Assembly: GCF_009914755.1 (NCBI RefSeq) | Contig: NC_060932.1 | Length of the DNA: 64,000 bases | Strand: one strand, 5' to 3' | DNA from: the human T2T-CHM13v2.0 reference genome, Homo sapiens | Shown here: positions 44,381 to 56,899 of the stretch, piece by piece | Layout: the number at the start of each line of letters is the position of its first letter | How positions within the stretch are numbered: the stretch's first letter is position 1 | Position numbers and translations under genes: made by a program | Notes under the pieces: model-generated | What the model was told of the DNA's origin: nothing | Databases searched by the model: none | What the model saw: the letters and a program-made list of their open reading frames with translations, nothing else

Positions 44381-45292
44381 GTGGAAGACTGCAGACTGGT
44401 GTTTAGTATTGGCCACCTAGAAGGGACTGGGGCAGCTTGTACAGGATCAGGTGCAGGTGAGGCTGGAGGAAGAAAAATAAGGTTTCAATAACAGCTGACT
44501 TGTGGCAAATGCATTGGTAAACTGCCCATCAGCTCCTTCCTAAAGACTTAGGATACAGGCCCTGGATTCAGGAGACATTGGAGAATGACATCAAAGCTCA
44601 GGACGAGTCCCATAGAAAAGGTTCTAGAACTGACTCACAGCTGCCTGCTTAGCCACACTACTTAGGAGAATAAATTCCTTTTTATTTTGTTGTATATAAG
44701 TATACAAATAAAACTGCAAATAGCATTAAAAAAATTAAAGTGTAAAAACAGATGCTTGAGTCCAATAACAATTGGTTGGGTTCCCTTGAGGCCTAGAAAA
44801 TTTTCAAAATGTTCTGGATGCATACGTGTTAAGGAGTGTTATTAAGTCAATTTTCCAGAATCCTGGTATCATAGGGCTAATGTAAGACCCAAGGGTCAAG
44901 TGTAGAGAGAACAGCAGTATGCACTGAACACTTGGGATCTGTGCTTCACTGACATTTCCCACCTGCAGATAAGTTTTGAACGGATACACATACAGATTTT
45001 CCTGTTGTTTCCCCAGCCCCAGGTAATTGCTTTGAACATCCTGCGAAGGTCTGGAGTCACTTGTATTTGGGTGATCGTAAGTAAGAAACAATATAGCATA
45101 TAACATCTTGGTAATTTAGAATTTTCTCTATTTCAAGGTCCAGTAATTATGACCATGACTGACATGAATATCGAAGGACAGACAAGCTTTCTAACCAGGA
45201 CATAGGAAATTACCTGATATGAAAAAGCAGATTAACTTTGTGATATATTTAGGTCAATTTAGAGGTGAGATGGATTTTTTTTCTTTCTACAG

Positions 45293-45394
45293 CTAGAGAA
45301 GGCAGCCAGCCAGAAAGCCCCCTGCTTAACAGAGAATCCACAAAAGGGATGAGTTCATTTACAGAGGGCTGGATTGATTATAAGGGTGATGCTG
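45293..45394 (+). other. Candidate spliced exon (102 nt, symmetric phase 1/1, one open frame)
   Basis: Acceptor tttttttttctttctacag|CT; donor CTG|gtaagc; open frame REGSQPESPLLNRESTKGMSSFTEGWIDYKGDA; product not recognised. Confidence 0.35.
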
Positions 45395-45714
45395 GTAAGC
45401 ACACTTATAAATTAAGTGTGTAACTTTAACTTCTGATAACAAACATTTTTTATTTACATGGGTGAGTGTGGCTTTCTATAACAAATGTTTCATAAGGTTT
45501 GTGGTTATTAAAAGCTTTATGGTTAAAAGTGACATTCCTTTGTGATTAAACCAAAAGGTTAGTTAAGCAGTTGAATATTAAGGCGAGGAGCTTTGATCGT
45601 GCTAATAAGAAACAGAGCGTGTAGATTTCAACTTAAATAAGACAATTGTTCCTTATGGCTAACCTCTGTATCACAGGCCACATTGCTCTCTGTCATCCTT
45701 TAGGCTCTACCAGC

Positions 45715-46045
45715 AGAAGCAGTGGCAGGGTATTGAAGACTGGAGGAGAGTGAGTTTTTGAGTATTTATCCCCCCAGCTTCCTCCCTGACCTACTGCCAT
45801 AGGTTGGCTGCTTTTTGTCTCTGGAAGTCACAGACTTCTGTCCGGCAGCCTCTTTGCATACAACTCTCTTTGGATTCCAGTAACCTCCCCTTTCCTGTGC
45901 ACCTTTTGGCTTGTGAATGTTAATGGCCCCGCTATAGCCCTTGGCTACTGCACTCTGCTCTAAGCTGTACATAGCAATTCATTACTGAGATCTCATCAAT
46001 GCCTAGTTTGTGCCTAATGGTTACTGTTAGGCCCCTGACTGATGC
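45715..46045 (+). mobile_element. LTR33-like ERVL LTR fragment
   Basis: ggaggagagtgag...gtatttatcccccagcttcctccctg...aagtcacagacttctgtccggcagcc...cccctgactgat. Confidence 0.6.
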
Positions 46046-47011
46046 CATGTGCTATAACCTTCTAGATGTTATTCACAAGTGCAATTTTAACACAGGACTT
46101 TTTAACTTGTGTCAACAAGATAGTTCTCAAAACAATTCTCATCAAATACAATTGTACCTTACATTTTCACAATCCAGGCCAACCAAAGAATTAAAGTTTA
46201 CTCATCCTGATTTCCAGAGTTATAGCTTGCTTTGTTTGTGGATAATCAGGGGCCATTTAATTATGATGTGGACATTATAACCTACAGTGTATTATTACTG
46301 TGAATACTCCCAGGTTTACTACTTTATCTCTTTAGACTGTGGAATTAACATGTTGACATTTTCTGGCAATGATTTGTGTTTAACAGAATCTTGGGCAGGT
46401 CTAAGTGACAATAATTTATTACTTTGTCCTTGTTCGTGAGCCTGTCAGGCTCAGTGGAGCTTCTTGGAGTGCATAAGAGAATGCATGTGTATCCACTCTA
46501 AAGGGAAGACATATCCACATCTGTGCGTTGTGGGTGATGATGCAGAGTGACTCTGTTCATCTATTTATTTATTCAATTAAGAATTTGTGAACATAGGGAA
46601 GCTTGCATCCATAGATAGTGAACTGGAGATTTTTTCTAGCTCCAGACCCTTCAATGTAGCTGATGACAGCAATGTGTTTCTCAAACTGAGAAAATCCTGA
46701 AGAGCTTGATGGACGATAAGCAGCCACTAATGGGTGAGTTACCTGACAGCCCAACAGGCAAATTGATGAAGAATTTTTGCAAATCTTAACCTCTGAAAGG
46801 TTGGTTTGGGTATAGGAAAAACTCCTGCCAGTAAATACAACACACGGACTGAACTGTGATTGGGATGTGGCTTCTTCTTGACATGAAACAGATGATGGAA
46901 GCTTCTGGATATGATTTTTGACCACCTAATTAGTGGTGCATGGTTCATTGCTGGCATCTTCTTCCAGAGACCTTGCTCAGAGATGGGATAAGGAAGGAAG
47001 GAATTGGAAAT

Positions 47012-47369
47012 TGTATTGGTCTGTTCTCACACTACTATAGAGAACTAGGTGAGACTAGGTAATTTACAAAGAAAGGAGGTTTAATTGACTCACAATTCCA
47101 CAGGCTATACAGAAAGCATGGTTGGGAGGCCTCAGGAAACTTACAATCACGGCAGAAGGGCAAAGGGAAAGCAAGTACCTTCTTCACATGCGGAGCAGGA
47201 GAGAGAACCATGGGGAACAACCAGATGTCATGAGAACTCACTATCATGAGAAACAGCAAAGGGAAAATCCACCCTCATAATCCAGTCACCTTCCAGCAGG
47301 TTTCTCCCTCAACATTGGGAATTACATTTTGGCATGAGATTTGGGTGGAGACAGAGCCAAAGCATATTA
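47012..47369 (-). mobile_element. MSTA/THE1D-like MaLR solo LTR
   Basis: tgtattggtctgttctcacact...gaggcctcaggaaacttacaatc...acagagccaaagcatatta; TSD GAAAT/GAAGT. Confidence 0.88.
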
Positions 47370-47489
47370 GAAGTGTCCCAGCCAGAGGCCTGCCTCTGTT
47401 TAGAGGCATTCTTTGAGTATGATGGTGTAATAAACAGGAGAAATTTGGAGCCCCAAGACAATTTTCCCCCGGATAAAGAAAGAAATGAG

Positions 47490-48245
47490 GGCTATTTTGG
47501 AAGACAGTGTGGCAGTTTCTTAACATAGTCTTACCATACAATCCAGCAATCACACTCCTTGGTACTTATAAGTTAAAACTCATGTCTACCCAAAACCCGC
47601 ACATGGATGTTTATAGCAGTTTTATTGATAGTTGCCAAAACTTGGAAGCAACCAAAATGTCCTTCAGTAGGTGAATGGATAAATGTGGGACATCTAGACA
47701 ATGGCATATTACTCAGCACTAAAAATAAATAAACTATCAGGCCATGAAGAGAAATAGAAGAACATTAAAAGAATCTTACTTGACATCTCACTTCAGGAGA
47801 AGCCAATCTGAAAAAGCAACATACTGTATGACTCCAACTATGAGATGTTCTGGAAAAGGCAAAACCCTAGAGACACGAAAACAATCAGTGGTTGGCAGGG
47901 GTTAGTGAGGATGAACAGGGAGATTTCTTTCTAGGGGATTTTTAGGGCAGTGAAAGTATTCTCATACTATACTGGGGAGTACATGTCATTATACATTTAT
48001 CTAAACGTACAGAATGTATAAGATCGAGAGTGAAACCTAAGGTTAATGAAAGACTTTGGATATAATGACATCAGTGTAGGTTCACTGACTGTAACAACTA
48101 TACTACTCTGGTGGAGATGTTGATAGTGAGGAATACTGTGTGTGTGGAGGGGAGGGCAGGGGGCAGGTGAAGACAGGGGTATATGGGGACTCTATACTTT
48201 CTGCTCAATTTTCCTGTGAACCTAAACTTTTCTTTAAAAAAAAGA
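47490..48245 (+). mobile_element. L1MC1/2-like 3' fragment
   Basis: ttggaagacagtgtggcagtttc...ggaagcaaccaaaatgtccttcagtaggtgaatggataaa...ctcaattttcctgtgaacctaaac. Confidence 0.85.
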
Positions 48246-49811
48246 AACCCAGATTTAAACATGAATTGAGTAGGTGAGGCAGTGTGTCTTTTGGAGTCTG
48301 TGGTCACACATAAAGCAGTTCAAACAGCCTCTGTCTAAGCCCTGTGAGCCTTCCACACTGTGTATCACACTAATACAGCAGGTGTCAGACTGTAAAAGAG
48401 GAGAGGTCATTTAGCAGTCATGGGGCATACTCCTATCTCCAACTTATTCTCCTGAAGCATTCTATGCCCATGAGAATCTAAGCTTACTGATGGTGGGAAG
48501 TTTAATAAACACTCTCAAGCTATTAAAAGGTTTCTCTACGATTTCTAAAAACCATGCCTAAATAACTGCTTGACACACTTGGGGATGTTCTATTTCTAGA
48601 GACAAAGGATCCATCATTCATTGGGTCTTTCGGAGAGAAAGAGAATAAGATAGAATTTGTATTCACACCAAAAACCAGATGAAATATTTTGTGCTGTGAC
48701 TGTACATCTTTGGAATGCTGGGGCTTTGGGGCAATATTTCCTGAAGCCCTTAATCTTTCAGTAGCTGCCAACTGGCCAAGAAAGAAAAAAGCAGGAGGGT
48801 ACTTTTCTGTATATTACTATTCATAACAGTTTTGGATATTTTCCCCAGAGTAGTTGATGCTCCTTTGACAGATAGTAAATAATTAATCATCATCTCATCC
48901 TCGCAGAGCAAAATGACAGGTTTTTTCGATTTCACAGATGGGGGAAATGTGATCACTAATGGAGAGGAGACTGGCTTAGGACATGGGCCTGGGAGAAGCC
49001 CCAGAGGCTTTGTTTCATGGTCAGTTTGAACAGATTAGACTACTGGATGCTCACAGTGCTGCTGGCTGCTGCTTCCAAGAAAGATTGACATGTTTGTCTT
49101 GACATCTCGCTTCAGGAATGGATGGATACACAGGGAAGCATAAATTTGGGACTAAAGTGTTCTAACATTTCTCATGCTGTATGTTCATTCGTCTCTTCGG
49201 GCAATTCAGCACATGCGTTTATCCCATTAATGGCTGGAGAAAAAGTTCTGATTACCTTCCAATTTACATGATTCATATTAGTGGGTTGGAGCAGTAATGG
49301 TGATGAATTCTTCTCTGCTTAGGTTGTGCATGTGTTTAGGGCCCTTGAAATCTGAGAATAGCCACACTGTAAGTAGCTGAGCCTCTTTCTCTAGCACCTG
49401 CTCAGATAGAATTTGTTTGTAATTTAAACAAACTAATAAACAACATATTCCAAGCTGGAGAATTCTGAAGATGATGATTATGGCAAATTCTACTTCCAAT
49501 TTTAGCTGTTTGTGGTGCTTTGCCTTGATTTTATGGATTTAAATTTGCTTTAGGTTAAACAATACCTTAATAATACACACACATGCACTCATATGCATAC
49601 ACAATAACACAATGTCAGCAAGCCTAGCTAGTTTGAGCTTCAGAACATTTTGTTCTAGTGTTTTATGTGGCTGCCATAAGAATGTTATGGGCAATGTGGG
49701 GAAATGTCAGCATCCTATTGGGAGAGCAGCACTGGGGTAATTTTTTATGTCAAGTTTATTTCCCTCCTGCAAGCTGACATGGAGAAAGAATTGGACAGGT
49801 TCTTGATCTAA

Positions 49812-50219
<408 letters not shown>

Positions 50220-51030
50220 TAAATTGTATAAATGGCAACAGCAGCAAGAGCCAGAGACACTGAAAAGTAGTGTAGAGTAGGGATTGAGAATGGCTTTGGA
50301 TTTTGGAGTTTCATTATTAAAATCTCAGCTTTGACCTTTGGTTGTTGCACAATTTTAGGCAAGCTTTAATTTTTTCCATAAACACTTAGGATAGTTTCTG
50401 CCCTATGATGAATACTCAATCTGTAGTGCAATGATATTGATGATTGTATGGACAACAGACTTACTTTCTTTTTAAATCAGAACCTGGCAATCATTTCCTG
50501 CCTCCTTTACAGAGTTACAGATTCTGAATATCTAAGATTAGGGCCAAGGTGTCTGCGTTTTAGAAAGTTCCATAGATGGTTGTGTAAGGAGTGGATAGAA
50601 AATTATGTTTCTGGTGTTGGGAGATTCTCTGACCTCACTCAGCTTGGTCTCTGAACATCTATCTCAGATAACATTAGGCCTTACTCCATGTAGCTAAACT
50701 CCTAGTCCCGACTCAGCCCTTACATGTTTCTATACAATCCCTGCCTCACTGCCACAACGATTTCTCTGACCTGCCTCAGAACACTACACTTCAGGGAATA
50801 GAGAGAGTGCTGCTAGGAAGATAGTATTTGAAATGAAATGCTAGTTAGACTGAGGCAGGGCAGATCTGTGTAGATATTAAGCTGATGAGGTGTTAAACTA
50901 GGAGTGGTAGAATCATATAATGCATGATGAATCTTGCATAGGCAAAGTTGAAAAACAAACTGTTCTGATTCATCTGTACTTGTTGCTGAAATAGTTTTAT
51001 CTTAACTCCCTATTTTTCTGTGTGTGTTAG

Positions 51031-51181
51031 GTCTGCAAGAGGGTACTGAACTAAAATCCTCAGATTGGAATTTGCTGTGCTAACTATATGCATTGTTTGG
51101 AGAACAGTGAACATTCAAAATTGTATTCACATATGGGCAGTCCCAGGTTCACAGAGGTAGCAGGATGGAGACTGAGCGCAG
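51031..51181 (+). other. Candidate non-coding exon (151 nt)
   Basis: Branch-point-like CTTAAC (51001-51006), pyrimidine-rich tract, ttag| acceptor; consensus donor CAG|GTGAGT; stops in all three frames. Confidence 0.3.
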
Positions 51182-51488
51182 GTGAGTAGACCATGGTCAT
51201 TCATGGAGCATCCAAGTGTAGTAGGACTAAACCCTTACAGCCAGGGAACACTGTGAGAGAGTGAAGACAATCTCAGAGACTTGGGAGCATGGTCAAGGAA
51301 TTACACTCCTGGGAGAGATTTCTAGAAGTGGAACATGGAATCAGAAGTACAATGATGTGAATCTGGGTAAATTTCTATGATGTAGTCTCAGGAGGACAGG
51401 CAAAAGTGCCCTAGAATTAAATGAATGGGCATCAAAAAGTAATGAACAGGCTGCAAATCAGAAGAAAGCCTGGGGATGCCACTTTTTC

Positions 51489-51801
51489 TTTGGAAGAAAA
51501 AATGTTTTTGTTATTTTAAGTTCCGGGATACATAGGTAGAATGTGCAGGTTTGTTACATAGGTATACATGTGCCGTGGTGGTTTGCTGCACCTATCAACC
51601 CATCATCTAGGTTTTAAGCCCCAGATGCATTAGGTATTTGTTCTAATGCTCTCCCTCCCCTTGCCCCCCACCCCACGGCAGGAACTGTTGTGTGATGTTC
51701 CCCTCCCTGTATCCATGTGTTCTCCTTGTTCAGCTCCCACTTATGAATGAGAACATGGGGTGTTTGGTTTTCTGTTCCTGTGTTAGTTTGCTGAGAACGA
51801 T
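51489..51801 (-). mobile_element. Short L1PA8-like 3' end insertion
   Basis: Antisense L1 3' UTR with taggttttaagcccc...gcattagg; imperfect TSD GGGATGCCACTTTTTC / GGGATGTCGCTTTTTC. Confidence 0.9.
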
Positions 51802-52039
51802 GGGATGTCGCTTTTTCATGTTGGGGATAACCTAATGCTACAATCCCTTCAAGATAGGGCTTAAGTACTTCCTGTTTCAAGGAATTGTCAGTCAAGGAGA
51901 TTAGCATATATAATTGTGGGGAATCTTGGGAAAAACAGAGCCCAAAGCAAAGAGGAGAGAGCTCTCACCATCAGAGCATTTCCATCTTTGAATTTTTCTA
52001 AATGCAGTTTGCAAAGTATCATCACAGGCGAGTACCAAC

Positions 52040-52260
52040 ACCAGCTAGCATTTATTGATCACTTACTCTGTGCCAGGAATTAGACTAAATATTTTACATG
52101 TGTCATCTCTTTATTCTTTCCAGCAGCCTTATTGGTAGATTTCTTTTATCATCTCTCTTTGGCCATTCAGGAGATGAAGTTTCAGAGAAGTTACTGTGTC
52201 TAGGTGACAGAGGTGTAAGTAGAGGCAATCGAGTTCAGACCCAGATGTGTTAACTATTCT
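52040..52260 (-). mobile_element. MIR
   Basis: agctagcatttattgatcacttactctgtgccagg...ttcagagaagttac...gagttcagacccag. Confidence 0.7.
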
Positions 52261-52772
52261 TTATCTCCTGATTTTAGGTATTATTTATCGATCTGTGCTA
52301 AATCACAACAGTCCTTCCTGAAGTAATTTTCCAAATTTCTTTCCATTGTACCGTTAGCTTACCAAGAAGGAAAATGAAGAGATATAATACACTATATATC
52401 TCTATCTCGCTGTCATCTATCTTGCTATCTTCCTTTGCCACTCTCTCTCTAATTTGTATCTATACAGTGTTAAAAGAGCATCAGTTATTAAATTATATAA
52501 ATACTGAGTTTATATTAAATTATATAAATCCTATTCTGTCTTAAACATTTAGTAAGATATTCTCCTTGGACTCAAGAAATGCATGGTCCAGTTGGAACGA
52601 TAAGACTAATGCCATAATAACATACTGAAGGCCATAGGTATCACATGCTATATAATCAGGCAAAAAACTAAGGTCTAAAAGTGGGGAAGGCCTCTTTGAT
52701 ATTGAGAATAATATTATAGGCAAGGGAGCAGTTCAGCTAGTTCATAGTATTTTGTTAAAAATCAGCTGATCT

Positions 52773-52945
52773 GGCTGGGCGTGGTGGCTCACGACTGTAA
52801 TCCCAGCTCTTTGAGAGGCCAAGGCAGGTGGTTTACAAGGTCAAGAGTTCGAGACCAGCCTGGCCAATACGATGAAACCCCGTCTCTACTAAAAATACAA
52901 AAATTAGCCAGGCGTGGTGGTGTGTGTGTGTGTGTGTGTATATAT
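52773..52945 (+). mobile_element. AluS (Sg-like) left arm; right arm lost at a (TG)n run
   Basis: Left monomer, then linker tactaaaaatacaaaaattagccaggcgtggtgg, then (TG)n and (TA)n. Confidence 0.9.
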
Positions 52946-53414
52946 AGATGAATTAGCATTAATGACATTGAATTATTTTGAAAGGTATTTTCAGAAGCAG
53001 ACCTGTGTGAAACTGATTGTTCTATTAACCATATGAATGTTTCTAATGCTAAATTAGGAATGGCTTTGTTTCATCTGAACAACTAACATGTTTTTACATT
53101 TGGGCCCTGTGAATCTTTAATGTGTTCAGGTTTCCTTCTCATGCTTCCTGTAAGAAGATTTAAAGTCAATTTTTTTCCCTAAACTTCAGCAAAATTAAAA
53201 ACTTTATATATATATATATTCTGGGAGCTAATCTCTCTTACTGATCTCCTCTTACTTGTCTTCTTATCATGATTTGTCCTTACTCCAACATGTCTTTTCA
53301 AAGGTAAATTTATACCACTACTTAGCATATAATTTCAAAATGTTTTCTTGTCCTTTTTGGAACAAGACAGGTTATGAATAAACAATTGTATGAGGACTTG
53401 ATCAATCTAAAATA

Positions 53415-53625
53415 ACAGCTATCATTGTATTGAGTGCATATTCACTCATTTTGCGCACTCACCATGAGTGCGTGTCACCCATTTTATGGAAATTATGTAA
53501 TATTCACAAAGATCCTTTGATGTAGGAAACATTATCTCCATTTACAGATGATGCAGCCAGTTTAAAAACTAGCAATGGATGGGAACAGGCCTCAAACCCA
53601 CATCTCTCTGACTCTAAAGCCTTCT
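53415..53625 (-). mobile_element. MIR
   Basis: attatctccatttacagatgatgcagcc...ctcaaacccacatctctctgactctaaagcc. Confidence 0.65.
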
Positions 53626-53878
53626 CACAACTGAGAGTTTATGTAACTAGATGACCTAGATGCACTTCGCCTCAGCCTCAGACCCCTTCCCAGTTGAGCT
53701 CTCTTGACAGTCACTGGTGATCAACCCTACTTGACTGGGAGAAGATTTTAAGTTCCATCTCTGGATCCCATGCTCGAACTAAAACATTTCTTTTTGTGGT
53801 ATTAGGAGGTTACTTTCCCAACTATTTTCTGTTTTGTTCATCCCTTCCCCACGTTCCCAAGTAAATGAAATAAAAATT

Positions 53879-54174
53879 GGCTGGGCACAGTGGCTCACGC
53901 CTGTAATCCCAACCATTTGAGAAGCCAAGGTGAGGGTCACCTGAGGTCAGGAGTTCGAGACCAGCCTGGCCAACATGGCAAAACCCCATTTCTACTAAAA
54001 ATACAAAAATTAGCCAGGCATGATGACATGTACCTGTAATCCCAGCTACTCAAGAGGCTGAGGCACGAGAATTGCTTGAACCCAGGAGGTGGAGGTTGAG
54101 CTAGGATTGCACCCCTGCACTTCAGCCCAGGTGACAGAGCAAGACTCCATCTCAAAAAAAAAAAAAAAAAAAAA
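53879..54174 (+). mobile_element. AluS(x/q)
   Basis: cacctgaggtcaggagttcgagaccagcctggccaacatgg; long A tail. Confidence 0.94.
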
Positions 54175-55570
54175 GATAGCATTAGCAGAATGCGGACTAA
54201 AATTTATATTTTAAGAAGGAATACACAGCTTTGTGAACTTAGGATACTTGGACAAGTATCTTTGAGAGCTCAGTTTGATTCTATAAAACTTTCCTTCACA
54301 TTTATGAGTCTGGACTTTGGGACTGTGATGAGTATTTCACTTGATATTCAGTCCTCCTGCCAAAGTGAAACTATGGCCCTCTTCCTGTTTTTAAATCAAA
54401 TCTGTACAAATCACTCAACCATGCAAAATCTCTACCTGCATTAATAAACTGATGACCTAAAATCAGACAGAAGGGAGGGGTGATGTATACTTTATTTGAT
54501 CTGTTGGCTGGCTGATGAAGGCAGACAATTTTATGAGATTCAGATTCATATTTTGCTTTGAATCTACTTTTTTTTAAGTCCACAGAATGTTTTTCACTCT
54601 CAAATTTTCCACATAAGTAGCTTTGGGAGTTGTCGCTTCAATCCATTCTACGACAGGTCAACAGAGATGGAAGCCTTTGATATACATAGGCTTTCTAAGC
54701 TGTACGTAGTCTGTAATATTTATCTGTTGACATAGTTCAGGGAGAACTCAATTTATTTAGAATCAAGACATGAGTACTTGATTGTGGCTGTTACTTCATT
54801 TGCTTCATGTAGATAGTATTGTACTTTAGACCCAGGAATATAAGTGTAGATTTGAAGCTAGTATACAAATAGGTTATATTTTTATAGCAAATCCTATCTC
54901 CTTTTTTTGATGTCTGTAGGGACTGAATACTTTTAGAAGGTATATATTGCAGAATGCTAAGGAGTATCTTAGAATTGAATAGAACAGTAGAAAATGAGTC
55001 TTGGGAAATAAAGTAATATAGTTAAAATAATTCATCCAAAGTAAAGCAATTGTTCTATGCTCAGATCTTCAAAATTATAAACGAAATTGTCTTCTTAGAA
55101 AATGGTTAGAAAACTTCAAAGAATTTTTGGTGTAGATTTAGGAAAGGCATTTGTGCGAGTGTTAGTTTCTCTACATCTTTTCTGGCCCCAATCATTTGTT
55201 TAAATTTATAGTTTCTGAAGTACTTTGTTTTGAGGTAAAAACAAAATTTTGTCTGATATAGTCAAATAATTGAAGCAAAATTGGATTCTGTAGTTAAATA
55301 ATTCAAATACTTTCCTTAAATTCTCTTATCACCTAAACTAACATTGGAAAACAAACAAAAAACCTCTAACTACATATTGTGGATGGTATAGATTTCCTGG
55401 GATACAGCAGATATACGGTGTCGAATATTTTAGGACATTCATCAATTCATTAATTCAACAATTATTTACTGACTACCTGCTATACACCAGGCAGTGTTCT
55501 AGGTACTGGAGATTCAGCAGTGAAAAAAAAAATGGACAAAAAAATTTCTGTTCTCTTGGAGCTTATATTC

Positions 55571-55935
55571 TGTTTTAGTCTGTTCTCACACTGCTAATAA
55601 AGACATATCCGAGACTGGATAATTTATAAAGAAAAAGAGCTTTAATGGACTCACAGTTCCATGTGGCTGGGCAGGCCTCACAATGATGGCAGGCAAAGGA
55701 GGAGCAAAAGCTCAAATTACATGGCAGCAGGCAGGAGAGAGAGCATGTGCAGGGGAATGCCCCATTATAAAACCATTAGATCTTGTGATAGTTATTCACT
55801 ATCATGAGAACAGCAGGGGAAAACCCTCCACCATGATTCAATCACCTCCCACCAGGTTCCTCCCATGACATGTGGGGATTATTGGAGCTACAATTCAAGA
55901 TGAGATTTGGGTGGGGACACATCCAAACCATAGCA
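55571..55935 (-). mobile_element. THE1B/C MaLR solo LTR
   Basis: tgttttagtctgttctcacactgctaataaagacat...gagatttgggtggggacacatccaaaccatagca; perfect TSD TATTC. Confidence 0.93.
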
Positions 55936-56316
55936 TATTCTAATTAGGGAGGAAGACAATATATGCTATAAAACTCATAGCTTGTTAGTGGTAAGCACTA
56001 AAGAGAACAAGAAGAAAGCATTGGAGGAAGACAAAGTTTAGAGCCTGTGGCCAGAGAAGGCTTTGTTGAGAAGGCAGCATTTGAGGAGAGATGCTGGGAG
56101 GGAAGGAGTACTATGGTGACAGTACCTCTGTATTGCAGTTTCTGTGCCTTTCTGTCCTTGGCTTCCTGTGAAATGGAAGGCAAGGAGGCCAGCATGGCTG
56201 GAGTAGAGCAAGGGAGAGGAAGATCAAGATGAGTTAGACAGTAACAGTTGCAGACAGGAGGTAGATACTGTAGAACTTTGCAAGTCATAGCAAGGGCTTT
56301 GGCTGTTACTCTAACT

Positions 56317-56511
56317 CAGGGCTTCCCAATTGGAACACTATTGACATATTACTACAGGGTTGTCCTGGGGATTCCATGATGTTTTGTAGCATCTCTGGCC
56401 TCTGTGCATTAGATTACAGTAGCACTTCCCCAGTGTGAAAATTTAAAAATGTCTCTAGACATTGCTAAATATCTCCTGGGGGACAAAACCACTCCCAGTC
56501 GGGAACCACTG
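56317..56511 (-). mobile_element. MER20 hAT DNA transposon
   Basis: aaaaatgtctctagacattgctaaatatctcctgggggacaaaaccactcccagtcgggaaccactg. Confidence 0.85.
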
Positions 56512-56899
56512 CTCAAAGTGATACGAGAGGCCACTGAAAGGTTTTGAAGGGAAGATTGCAGATCTGATTTAAAATGTAATAGGATCACTCTGGCTGCAAT
56601 TTTGAGTACAAATTGGAGAGAGGGAAATCATACAATATTTCTGTAGTTCAATGGATCCTGATTTTTAAAATCTGGATATTGCCAATGAGAATTTTTTTGC
56701 ATATTCAAGGATCTCTTCTCCTTGTATGATATCTCATGTGCTCAATAGTTAAAGGAAATTCATAGCAATCACAGCAAATCCAAATATGCCATCTCTCCTC
56801 CCACTACAAATCAGAAACTTAAAATTTTCTTAACTCATTATAAAAAAGAAATCTCTCTGTAGGTTACCAAGTTATCAGTAAATGACACTAGAAGACTTT

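Larger units (their letters stand above)
55435..56630 (-). mobile_element. L2a, split by THE1B and MER20 insertions
   Basis: cattcatcaattcattaattcaaacaattatttactgactacctgctatacaccaggc at the 3' end; aaggaggccagcatggctggagtagag; aggatcactctggctgc. Confidence 0.8.
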
